Of a stretch of DNA of 64,000 nucleotides, positions 26,515-38,828 are shown piece by piece. The notes beneath the pieces are model-generated. The model was not told the origin of the DNA. It saw nothing but the letters and a program-made list of their open reading frames with translations, and made no database searches. The stretch covers positions 90,768,001 through 90,832,000 of the forward strand of contig OX597817.1 in NCBI GenBank assembly GCA_951406725.2, given 5' to 3'. A program made the translations under genes and the position numbers. Numbering within the stretch: position 1 is the first letter of the stretch; each line of letters opens with the position of its first letter. The stretch comes from Octopus vulgaris (Eukaryota).

Positions 26515-27782
26515 TCAGGCTGAGTAAAAAATAAGCAACGTTTTGGAACATGAAATTCATCAGAATATATTTCAACAATGTTGAAATTTTATTCATCAAA
26601 GTAAGCACATTTTTGCCAATGAGTTACAAGTTTGTTTAACCTAGTAACATCAAAATCTGGTGTTCTGCAGCTGATGAACTCTTTGAATGCACTGTCAGCA
26701 TCGGTTTGATTTTTGAACTCCTTCTCTCATAGGAAACCATCAAGGTGCTTGAAAAAATGGTAGTTGATAGGAGAAAGGTCTGGGGAATAAGATGGGTAGG
26801 GAAGAACTTCGTACCCAAGTTTCCTCAACTTCTGGATCATCATAAGTGAAAAATGTGGTCAAGCATTGTCATAAAGAATGATTGGCTCTCTTCTCTTAAT
26901 CAGTCTGGAATGGAAGAGTAGCAGGTTTTCGTTCATTTTAGCAATTTCATGGCAATATGTTTCTGCAGTAATAGTTTTAAGGAGTTATAGTGGATGAGTC
27001 CAACAATACACCACTAAACAATCACCATAACCTTCTTTTTGAAGAGCTCGAGTTTAGGGAAGGTTTTCAGAGCTTCATTTTGGTCCAACTTTTATGAAGA
27101 ATGTTTATTATTAATGTACAGAATCCACTTTCCATTGCAAGTTACAACACAGTCAAGAAATGGATCTGTCTGGTTATGGAGAAGAAGCAACAAGCAAATC
27201 TCATATCTGCGCATTTTCCAATTTTCATTCAAATCAGGTGATACCCGTTTGTCAAGCTTTTTTTATTTTCTGATCATTTGCAAATGGTTGCAGGCAGTTT
27301 TCTGGCTATCTTGAAGTTCTTTTGTCAGTTTTCAAGTGGTTTTATGTGGATCTTTCTCAATGATGGTCTTTAATTGACTGTCATTGATGACAGATGGGCA
27401 TCTACTATGCTTATGATCTTCAAGGCTCAGGTCACCTCTGTAAAATCAATTAAGCCATTTCTGAGCTGACCACTCGCTGGTCATTTCCTCACCAAATGTT
27501 TCGTTGATATCATGAGCACTTTCAGCTGCCTTATATCCTTTTTTGTAGTTGAATAGCAAAATTGCTCAAATATCACGCTTTGACAGTTCCATATCAGATG
27601 ATTGTAACAACGGTGCAAAAAAAAAATATCAATGTTAATTTATTGATGCATTTGAGCAAGTCTATGTCTGCATTATCAGACAATGGCAAAAAAAAAATGT
27701 TTTAAAAAAATTCAAAAGTCTGCAAAAATTCAGTACAAATTCTTCATGGTTCAAAACGCTGCTTACTTTTTATTCAACCTGA
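26515..27782 (-). mobile_element. Full-length mariner transposon, transposase pseudogene
   Basis: TIRs tcaggctgagtaaaaaataagcaacgttttggaacatg and (reverse complement) tcaggttgaataaaaagtaagcagcgttttgaaccatg. TA TSD, 1268 bp. Remnants WILY.N, HDNA*PH, YSPDLSP. Confidence 0.93.
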
Positions 27783-29851
27783 TATTCAGACATAGTATAT
27801 CTAGAACTACATTATCTAATGTGCCCTTCCTTATTGTTGTTATTTAACTCTAGGTTAGTCCTGGTCCATCAAACCCATAGCAAAAAGGTATTCCAGCCAT
27901 GATCAACCTTTTAATTTAAAAACAAAATGAACATATACTTAATATTGGTTTCATCAAATGGTTATACTGTGGTTTTACAGTGGTTTGGGGGAAGGGACTA
28001 AGTTGATTACATCAACCCCAGTGCTTAACAGTTACTTATTTATTTGATCCTGAAAGGATGAAAGGCAATGTTGACTTTGGTGTCATATGAACTCAGAACA
28101 TGAATAAAGATAGATGAAATGCTACTAAGCATTTTGCCTGCATGCTAACAATTCTTTCACCTTGCCATCTTAACATAGTTCATCTTCACTATCACCATCA
28201 CCATCACCATCATCTTGTGTCCATATTCCATGCTGACATGAATTAGACATGTTTGACTGGAATTGGTAAGCCAGAGAGCTGCACCAGGTTCCAATCTGTT
28301 TTGGCTTGGTTTCTATGACTGGATTCCCTTCCTAAGGCCAATGACTCAAAAGAGTGTAATATTAACTAACACATAGAGTTAATATTACAAAATTTAAAAT
28401 GCCCTTCCTTACTTAAGAAATAGCATGTAATTTGAGTGAAATTTGGTTGCTATTTCTAGAGTTTCTACTAACTGCTGACTGCTGGCATAATGGTTTGTAA
28501 GACAAACAGAAGACCTGAAATCTGGCTATGCTTCAAATTCACTCAGTAGACTCAGTATTAGACTGGTGCATTATTTTACCAACACTGGAAAAGATGGCAG
28601 ATAATGTTAAACATAGTGTACCTTATTAATTCCATTCTTATCTAGGGTGCATCACAGGAACATTCAATCTACTTCTGTACTTGAGTGGTACTTTATTTAA
28701 TCAACCTCAGAAAAATTAATGGTAAAGTCAATCTTCTGTTATAGTTCTATTTGTTTCTAGGATGTTTTATAGAAATACTTAAATGAAGTCAGGAATTGAT
28801 TGGTACTTCATTTTATCAACCTCAAAAGAAGGAAAGGTATAAAGTTTACCTTGGTGAGATTTGAACTCAGAATATAAAGGGGTATTTTGTTGAAGGTATA
28901 AAGATCCACCACCTGAGACAACCTCAACACGATATGAGCTCATACCAAAAAAGTATATGAAGTAAACACCACAAAGTATATAATTACCACTCCCTGGTTC
29001 TACAGTGTCTGCTATCTCACTGATTATGACATCATTATATAACAGTATCCCCAATCCTAGACGTCCATGCACCCACTACCCAACTACCCACTGTCTCCGA
29101 TCAATACTCAGATGAAAAAAATATAGAAATGATAGTAAACAAGAGAGAGTAAAAAAATGAAAGAAAAATAATTTTCAACACATACTTCACATATACGTAC
29201 AAATTTATGAATATATTATATCTGTCATGATGCATGCACATTTACACACACACACATGTGCATTGTTTCAGTGAAGTGATTGTAATAACCCACAAATGTG
29301 ACCTCTGTGTTAAACCAGAATATTCTATAATTTTCTCATACTGGCCACAATGCTTCAGCAAAGTGTCTGTCCATTAAGACCATGTTGTAATAATATGACT
29401 AAATTTCTTTCTCATATATATGTGTGTGTGTGCGAGTGTGTGTGTATCATTTAATGTATACTGTAATAAAATAAGAGTTACTAATAGTTTCTTCCTATTG
29501 AGACACATGGTTAGGCAGGAAGTGTATCACTTCTATACTAGAATGGCAATGCACCACTTCATCTATCATACTATCACTGTAGCTCTACAAGACACTGAAT
29601 TTGAACCATCTACTTTAACTGTGACTCAAACTCATCTGTAACACATAACTGACTCTTAACTCCAACTGAGAACTTGTACAACAACTCTAAAATGACTGAT
29701 ACATGGCTCCCTGTACTGGTTGATATTGTCTCACTTTATAGGAGGGGTGTAACATTTCCAATGCAACAGTATTTGGATTTGATGTGCAAAAATAATTATT
29801 TACATAGCAGTTTTTTTATTTTCATGAGCAGAAAAATAAAAAGAGATCAAT

Positions 29852-29890
29852 ATGACTAGTTTCTAGACTTATTAAATCTTCATCAGAGAA
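29852..29890 (-). ncRNA. Decayed minimal (Penelope-type) hammerhead motif
   Basis: CUGAUGA-AGAUUU aau AAGUCU-a-GAAAC-UA-GUC, with palindromic ACUAGU stem III. Stem I pairs poorly. Confidence 0.45.
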
Positions 29891-30136
29891 AGAATAACAA
29901 CCATCTGTCTACAGAGAAAATAACAGCTTATCAGTAGGACTCAGATAAACTGGTCAGTTTAATTTGAACTACAGTGCATTCTCTAACAACAAGGACTAAT
30001 TAAATAAAATTAATTAGATCATTATAGATAGCTCTGTCTGTGTTTAAAGACAGTAAATATAGCTATAAGCTAAGTTAATAATCTTTCTGATGCCAGAAAA
30101 TGGACATTATTTCTGTGAAGGTCCAATAATATATAT

Positions 30137-30339
30137 ACTCTTTACTACTCTTTTACTCTTTTTTTCTTGTTTCAGTCATTTGACTGCAGTCATACTGCAG
30201 CACCGCCTTTAGTCAAGCAAATTGACCCCTGGATTTATTCTTTGTAAGCCTAGTACTTATTCTATCGGTGTCTTTTGCTGAACCGCTAACACACCAGCAT
30301 CGGTTGTCAAGTGATGTTGGGGGGACAATCACAGACACA

Positions 30340-30385
<46 letters not shown>

Positions 30386-30557
30386 CATATATACGACAGG
30401 CTTCTTTCAGTTTCTGTCTACCAAATCCACTCACAAGGCTTTGGTTGGCCCGAGGCTATCATAGAACACACTTGCCCAAGGTACCATACAATGGGAATGA
30501 ACCTGGAACCACGTGGTAGGTAAGCAAGCTAACTTACCACACAGCCATTCCTGTGCC

Positions 30558-30558
<1 letters not shown>
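30137..30558 (-). mobile_element. SINE family A, near full length
   Basis: Reverse complement of the family consensus, with (actcttttt)n tail. Confidence 0.92.
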
Positions 30559-30610
<52 letters not shown>

Positions 30611-30621
30611 TAATAGTAATG

Positions 30622-30878
30622 ATAAGATAACAAAAGAATGAAAGAGACCTCGAAATTATGTAAACAGAGGAATTTATTTGTAATATATGTGATAATTATT
30701 CGGTTGCCATGATAAAACTCTGAGTTTCGGATGTCAGAGCGGAAACCTGCAGCGGCATCTCTTCAGTCATCGAGGCAATTAAAATGACTGAAGAGATACT
30801 AGTGCAGGTTTCCGCCCCAACATCCGAAACCCGGAGTTTTATCATGGCAACCGAATAATTGCCACATATTATATTACA
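30622..30878. mobile_element. Penelope-like terminal-repeat remnant in inverted (palindromic) arrangement
   Basis: ~92-bp inverted arms at 30679-30770 and 30784-30878, both carrying a CTGAAGA...GAAAC hammerhead core. AATAAA lies downstream on the minus strand. Confidence 0.7.
30704..30778 (-). ncRNA. Type I hammerhead ribozyme candidate
   Basis: UUGCCUCGAUGA-CUGAAGA-GAUG(22 nt)CAUC-C-GAA-ACU cag AGU-U|UUAUCAUGGCAA. Intact core, stem I of 5 bp + 2x2 loop + 5 bp, 4-bp stem II with one extra C, 3-bp stem III, GUU cleavage triplet. Confidence 0.7.
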
Positions 30879-32663
30879 TATATATCATCATCATCATCAT
30901 CATCGTTTATATATATATATGCAGTTTTGTAAGCTGTCAATTTGTGCAGTTTTATGTGTGTGTGTGTTGTATGTATATGTATATATATATATGTATGTAT
31001 ATATATAATGAGATTCTTCCCTTTTCTGCTCACTCGGAAATAGAACCTTTAGTTGTAGAAATATTACATTACACAGACTGACAGTTTACAACATTGCATT
31101 GTTGTCTCAAAATCTTCTGTATTTAGTTTAAAGAAGACATAAAAAAGTACATAAGCAGAAATGTGTAACAGCTGTAGAAAAGACATGGAGGTGTTGAAAT
31201 TTGTTTCAGCAATCAATAAGGTAATATTGTTAGGCTCAGCCTGTTTTCTATGACATTGCTGATATAAAAGAAAAATAATAAAGAAGGAAAAGAAAGTCAA
31301 TCCCAATGCAAAGAAAATAGAGATCTGAAGACAAGATTTTGGAGTTGTTCTTGTTTGTCTCTTGACTTTATCTGAGATTGAGTGGTGAAACTGAAATAAT
31401 TATACTGGGTAGAGTCAGCCATTTAGGAACACATACATACAACCACATATACTTTTTAAAATGTTTTTACTCTTTTACTTGTTTCAGTAATTAGACTACA
31501 GTCATGCTGGGGTACTGCGTTGCAGAATTTTAGGTCGAATGAATCAACCTCAGTATTTTTTTAAATGATACTTATTCTATTGGTTACTTTTGCCAAGCCA
31601 CTATATCACAAGGACATAAACACACCAACACCAGTTGTCAAGAAGTGGGTGGGGGACAAACACAGACACAGACATACAAGCTTCCCAACCATATTCTCTT
31701 TCTCTCTTATTCATTTCAGCCCTAAGGCTGTGGCCATGCTGGGGCATACACATATACATAACTGACACCCCACTAGTTACAACGATGATGAGGATGAGGA
31801 TGATGATACACACACACACATGCACATATATACCAAATTGAATATACAACTGAAAGAGTTACTAATAGTTTCATGCTATTATGATACTTGAACAAGCATA
31901 TTCATAAAATATGGCATGTATCTTAAAATCTTTCAGGCTCCGTTAATGAATTATATATAATTAAAAAAGAAAAAAATAAGGACACAGAGTTATTAGTGAG
32001 GGATCATGAATCCAGGCAAAATACTTTATAAGCTCTCACACCAGGTTAACAATATTGTTTAAATTAGTAAAGAACTCTGCATATTTTTGTGGCAGAGTCT
32101 GTGGTTAGACACCTTTCATCATAGCTTTGTTGATTCAGAGTAGAACTGATGATAAGCACTAGCAACAAGTTAATATTGAAGATTATGTGGTAGCTTGACC
32201 AGCTAGAAGTAGTAGCCAAATTTCCTGCTACTTCCCATTATAAAGAAAGGACACATTGGATTATCACCCTTAAGAACACATGATAACCGTGCCTGAAATG
32301 CTAATTATAGGTTTGTTCAAATAGGATAGACCTAGGGCTAAACAACAGGAAGAATGAAGCAACGAGGATTCTTTGCATATATACTCAAAGTTTATACACC
32401 TTACAGTACCAGAGTACTTCATCTTATCTCATTGACTTGGTTACAAACACTCTGTTTCACACTAACTATTATAAGTTATTTGTTGAACATTCTTATTGAC
32501 CAAAGGAGAGGTCTATTGATGAGCTCTTTGAGGTCATAGGAGAGATTAGTAGACTAGTTCTTAGATGCTATGGGAGGTGATTGTGGATCAGTTCTTTGTG
32601 GCCATTGGAAAAGTTTTTCTGTTCCTTTCTTTATGTTTTGAATTTTAAAAAAATACTTTTTAT

Positions 32664-33177
32664 AGGTGCAGGTGTAGCTGTATCTTAAGGAGCTTAATTT
32701 CCCAATTACATGGTTCTAAGTATGGTCTCACTGCATGAAACCTTGGGCAAGTATCTTCTACTACAGCCTTGGGCCAACTAGAGCATTGTGAGTGGACGAG
32801 GTATATGGAAACTGAAAGATGCCAGTTGTGTATATATATATATTCTTCTATTTTTTTACTTGTTTCAGTCATTTGACTGTGGCCATGCCGGAGCACCACC
32901 TTTAGTCGAATCAAATCGACTCCAGGACTTATTCTTTGTAAGCCTAGTACTTATTCTATCAGTCTCTTTTGCTGAACCGCCAAGTTACGGGGATGTAAAC
33001 ACACCAGCATTGGTTGTCAAACGATGTTGTGAGGACAAACACAGATACACAACATATACACACACACACACACACATATATGTATATATATATATACATA
33101 TATATACACATATATATATATACATATATATACACATATATATATATACATATATATATACATATATATATACATAC

Positions 33178-33221
<44 letters not shown>

Positions 33222-33377
33222 GGTGGGCTTCTTTCAGTTTCCATCTACCAAATCCACTCACAAGGCTTTGGTCAACCCGAGGCTATAGTAGAAGACACTT
33301 GCCCGAGATGCCACACAGTGGGACTGAACCCGGAGCCATGTGGTTGGTAAGCAAGCTACCTACTACACAGCCACTCC
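32664..33377. mobile_element. Two opposed SINE A copies (5' half on + at 32664-32840; full copy on - at 32850-33377)
   Basis: Both heads are recognisable, in inverted orientation. Confidence 0.85.
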
Positions 33378-35307
33378 AGTACCTATTATATATATATAAT
33401 AACAATAATTACATGAGGATGGAAATTCATGAGCTTTATGAATGCATCACAATGTATGTTTCTACACTGCACACCATCATTAGGTTACAAATTTTCATAT
33501 TCATACAAAATTACTTATGATTACTCTATGTACATTAGAAAGTGTAGCTAAACCATAAAATATCAGTTAATAGGAAGGACACAAATCCTAAAAATAAACA
33601 GTACACCCCTTTAATAGGGACACTGTAGAGCATAAAAACTATAAAATTTAAACAAGTATCAAAAGATGACATTGAAGGATTTACTTTTCCTTAGCTTGAA
33701 GTTAACAATCAATAGTCTAGAGACAAAGAGGAAAACAAAGAAGTTATAATAGCCAAAGGATCATCATTATCTTCTTTTTAATCTAAACAATGATGTCCTT
33801 TAAAGAGGACTAGAAAACTATAACCAGGAAAAGTAAGAGATGTTGCACTTAATATTATTCTTTCTGTTCTTTTTATTTTTCAATTGAAAATATTGGAATG
33901 ACCTTTTATTTTCTTTCTGTCCCTGTTTATTTTCTTTATTTTTTTTTCATAAGCAACACCCACCAGTTGATAAGGAGGTTTGACTCTTTTTCTTTTTTCT
34001 TTTTTTGTTTTGATTTTTTGTCTCTTTGTGACTGGTTGTAAGTCACACCCACCAATGGAATGAAGTCACCTGATTGATGTAAAATAGTGGCTGACAGATT
34101 GATGTAAAATCTGGCTGACAGAAGTTTATTAATGCAATGCCTGAAGAAGCACTTCACTGGAAATGGAGGAAAACATCTTCATGTTATTATTGTTATTATT
34201 ATATTTGTCCTAAGCTGAAAAGAGTTCCATGTGTATCCCCATACCATTGGATTACTCTGGGAGATGCAAGTAAAAGGTGGTAGCCAACAATAAGAAACAG
34301 AGGAACTTTTAAGAGCACATAACAAGGCTTTTGCCCAAACTAAACTAAACCAATATGTGTGTCTTTCTGTATGTTTTTGTCCCCACCATCACCACCACTT
34401 GACAACTGATGTTGATGTGTTTAAGTCCCTGTAACTTAGTGGTTCAGCAAAAGAAACCAATAACATAAGTACCAGGCTCTACCAAAAAACAATAAGTAGT
34501 TTGACTAATTCTTCAAGGTGATGCCCCAGCATGGCCACTGTCTAATGACTGAAACAGATAAAAGATATATTCAAACTTTAAACACCTTACAATACCAAAG
34601 CATTTTGTCTTACTACAAGGACTTCGTTACAAACATTCTATTCCACTGCAACTGTTACAAGTTATTTGATGAACATTCTTTGAGGTCATGGGAGAGATTT
34701 GCAGACCAGTTCTTACATGTTATGGGAGAGGTTTGTGGATCATTTCATTTTGGCCATAGGAGAGGTTTGTTAACCAGTTCCTTGAGGCCATGGGGGGAAT
34801 TTGTCAACCAGTTCATATTGGCTATGAGAAAAGTTTATTTGTTTCTTTTTGTTTTAATTTAATGTCCTGAATTTTAAAAAAATGCTTTTTAATGATGAGA
34901 AATAGTAATCAATATTGCATATATCTCAGTTTTAGAATTGGTAAGCTGTGTCCTTACATGATTTAAAAGAGTTGGCAACAAGAAGGACCAATCTTTTACC
35001 TCATCACCATCCAAACAACAGCTGTAGATTGAGCAATAGATTGTCCTTAAAAACTGTTGCTGTTTAGTCACAAGTCAATACTGATGGAACAGACTTATGG
35101 CAGTGGTTCTCAGACTTAGAATTTGCTGTTTTTATCATAACCTCTTGCTCCATCTAATCCCACTTCTAGCCCTTTTTTGATTCCTGGACTGGGCAACACA
35201 TTGTGTCCTTGAGCAAAACACTTCACTTCACATTGCTCCAGTCCACTCAGTTGGCAAAAATGAGTAATTCTGCAACAAAATGGTGTCCCATCTAGGTGGG
35301 GTATATA

Positions 35308-36000
35308 CAGGGTGCAATGGGTAAATTGTCACCATTTTATAATTTTATTTTCACACATGTGCATTGTTTGTTTTTGATTTTGTTCACTACACAGTATAGT
35401 AGGGTCAGTTGGGCACCATCTGTGAGAAAAACAGTACTATGATGCAATTCACTCTGCCAGAACTTTGGAAATAACCTATTGTACTGCTTGGCATTCATGC
35501 TAGAAGCTCCAATACTAACATTTCAGGGTATTTGGGTGTCAATCTGAGGACAGTGCAATTTCAGGACAATGCAATCTGAGAACATGTACTGAGAGTAATA
35601 AAAATCAAACATCAGATCAGCATCATTGTGTTTAGAGTAATCACTAGTGATGCCAACATTATGCCTCCATTCATCTTCCCACATGGCCTCAAACTCAACA
35701 TGGAGGCATACATCAAGTGCCTGGTGGAGGTAGTGCTGCTCTGGGTCTAGGGGGTGGTTGCTGGAAGGCCCTATGTCTGACAACAGGAATCTGCATCATG
35801 CTACACAAGCAGGAGAACCCGGTCATGGCTGCCAGACAATTTCTGCGACCCCATCACCCCTAACATCTGGCCACATAACTCCCAGACTGCGATTTTATTT
35901 AGTATTTCAAGATATTTTTATGTTATTCTGGTAAATATGAGATATCAGTGCTATTTTCATTTTTGCATAATTTAAACAACAGTTTATTCACCACACCCTG
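35308..36000 (+). mobile_element. Internally deleted Tc1/mariner (maT/DD37D-like) element inserted in a SINE C copy
   Basis: TA|CAGGGTG ... CACCCTG|TA ends. Remnant GRPYV*QQESASCYTSRRTRSWL.DNFCD.ITPNIWPHNSPDC. SINE halves at about 35180-35300 and 36003-36075. Confidence 0.85.
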
Positions 36001-36114
36001 TATATACCACATGAAACTGGGAAACTGGCCCTTATGAGTCTGTATGACTGGAGATGGTAACTTTAACCTTTTACTTTTACCACTCTCAGCCCTTGCACTA
36101 ATAACTATATTCTA

Positions 36115-37057
36115 TGCTTTACTTGTTTCAGTCATTGGACTGCAGCCATACTGGGGCACCACTTTGAAAGGTTTTAGTCAAACAGATTGACTCCAGCACT
36201 TAGATTTTTGAAGTCTGGTACTTAATCAACCAGTTTCTGTTCCTGAACTGCTAAGTTACAAGTATGTAAACAAACCAACACTAGTTACCAAGCAGTAATG
36301 AGGAACTAACAGAAATGCAAAGATATGCACACACACATGATTGGCTTTCTCATAGTTTCCATTGTCCAAATTTATACACAGGGTATTGGCTGACTCAGGG
36401 CTATAGTAGGAGACACTTACCCAAGGTGCCATGAAGTGGAATTGAATCCAAAACCATGTGGTTGCAAAGCAAGCATCTTAACCACACACCCAAGCATGTA
36501 CCTATGCCCAGTTTTACCTCGTCAGAATAGTAGCCTTCTGGAATCTTTTCCTTGCACACGTCTTCAAACTCAATGGTTTCAGTGGTTCAATAAAGATCAT
36601 GGCCACATCCCCTTTCTCTAGACTTTTATCTTTTTTATCATCTTTTATTTGTTTCACTTATTTGACTGTATCCATACTGGGGCACCACCTTGAAGGATTT
36701 TTAGTAGAACAAATTGACCCCAAAAACCAATTTTTTTTAAAGCCTAGTACTTATTCTATCAGTCTTTTTTGCTAGACCACTAAGCTATGGGGGCGTAAAC
36801 ACCAACACCAGTTGTCAAGGCAATGGTGAGAGGACAAACACAGACACAAAGATACACACACACATATACACACACACATACACAAACACACATACACAAA
36901 CACACACACTCACACATGCATGACAGGATTCTTTCAGTTTCTATCTACAAAATTTATTCATAAGGCTTTGGTAGACCTGACGCTCAAGTAGAAAGACTTA
37001 ACCCAGAATCATGTGGTTGGAAAGCAAGCTTCTTGCCCCACAGCTATACCTGTGCCT
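36115..37057 (-). mobile_element. Two tandem SINE A copies (about 36115-36500 and 36640-37057)
   Basis: Each shows cttgtttca(g/c)t tail, (CA)n centre and head remnants. Confidence 0.85.
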
Positions 37058-37257
37058 ATGTAAACAAAAACCATTTATATATAGCTTTTATAAAATTTCA
37101 TCATAGAGTTGTCTTAAATATATATCTCGACATAATTTTCCTTCTAGCAGAGGGATCTCCAGCTCTTGAAATAGTGATCCCTTCATTGGTTCATTAACCT
37201 TTGTGTTAAGAATGGTAAAAAAAAAGGATTTGAGGAAGTTTTGTTGTTTGTTGAAAC

Positions 37258-37310
<53 letters not shown>

Positions 37311-37440
37311 CAGCAGTAGCAGTGGTGGTGGTAGTGGTTTTTGCGGCTGTAATAGTAATAGCTCTTGTTGTTGTTGGTGGTGGTGGTGGTGATGTTAATA
37401 GTTGTGGTGATAATGTTACCATTATTACTGTTGTTGTTTA
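37258..37440. repeat. (TAG)n and degenerate triplet repeat
   Basis: Direct inspection. Confidence 0.95.
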
Positions 37441-38060
37441 ACCCCAAAACAACCTGGATCAAGCAATCCTAGGATCAAAGGTGTTCCAGGTAAGATCAAT
37501 TTTGTCTTTTTTGGAGGATGCAGAGAAAAATGTCATCCAATATATATTCTTTCCCTTTTCAAGAATATAAGCAGGAAGATTTGGCTGCTATTTCTAACAA
37601 GTAAACAACCACATACAGGTTTCTTCTTTATTTCCCTCTTGAGTATGTTGTTGTTTAGCCCCAGGCCAGGAAACTATCATCAAGTTATGAGTAAAATAAC
37701 AAATGTAGTTCTTGTTATTGTTGAACCCTTTAGTATTTAAACAGGACATGTCTGACCCAAATCTGTTTTATGCCCAGATCAGCCAGATCTAGCCTTTCAC
37801 ACCTACCACAATATGCTATTATAAAAATAAAGAATCACATCTTTAAAATCTTGAAGCTATGAGATAACACATGATTAATTTAAAACAATGTGGACAAATA
37901 AACATTGCATTTAACAGAGTAGTCTGAATGCTAACTCCAAGTTGAACCTGATTATGGCAAACTAAGAATCAAAGACATTCTGGTCATGCCCATTCCATGC
38001 CTTATCTCGAATATTTTTCAGGATTTGAAAAAAATCTATTTTAAAAACAGAACGCTCAGA

Positions 38061-38094
<34 letters not shown>

Positions 38095-38490
38095 CTTGAA
38101 AGAGATTCAGTTGTTATTTCTAGCAGAACTAGTTACACTGAGGAGGCATCAAATGCTGCTTTATAAACAAGAAAGGCATCAATTAAAAATAGTGTCTAAC
38201 ACTGAAATAGAATCTAAAATTGACAGAAATAAAGTTATAGGATATAATTATAATTCTTTTTTTTTTATATGTGACAGCCATAACAGAAACTTCCATGCAC
38301 TGATGTATGCACTTTTACTTGGCTTCTTATTTATATACAGCACTTATTACACCACTACCACAAACACCAACACCATTAAAGTGCACATCTTGTTTTACAT
38401 ATGCAGCTTTATCATTATTTTTCTGTAACATGATAAATTATTTACACATTCTACATGTCAAATATATACCATATATATAGATAGATAGAT

Positions 38491-38528
<38 letters not shown>

Positions 38529-38529
38529 T

Positions 38530-38812
38530 TACGGAGATGTACTTGCATAGCGAGTGACTTGATCTGAGATCATGTGCTGGAACGGAAACAATTGCAGCGT
38601 GGAAGGTATTTATAAGCCATTTAAGAAACACACAAAAACCGTTACAAAACTTCATGCAGCATCATGAGATGCAGCACGAAGTTTGACAGTGAACAGGTCG
38701 CGATCTCAAAGCAACGAAAATATTTTGGCAAATTGAATTTAAATGTTGAAGTGAATGTAACGGTTTTTGTGTGTTTCTTAAATGGCTTATGAACACCTTC
38801 CATGCTGTAATT
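38530..38812. mobile_element. Palindromic MITE, right end truncated
   Basis: 55-bp inverted repeat at 38590-38644 / 38758-38812 with 4 mismatches. Same family as 6920-7030 and 8185-8240. Confidence 0.75.
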
Positions 38813-38828
38813 ATATATTATATATATA

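Noticed and set aside
26515-27782. Mariner (and the one at 41710-42959) as an active or domesticated transposase
   Set aside because: Multiple stops and frameshifts, and mismatched TIRs.
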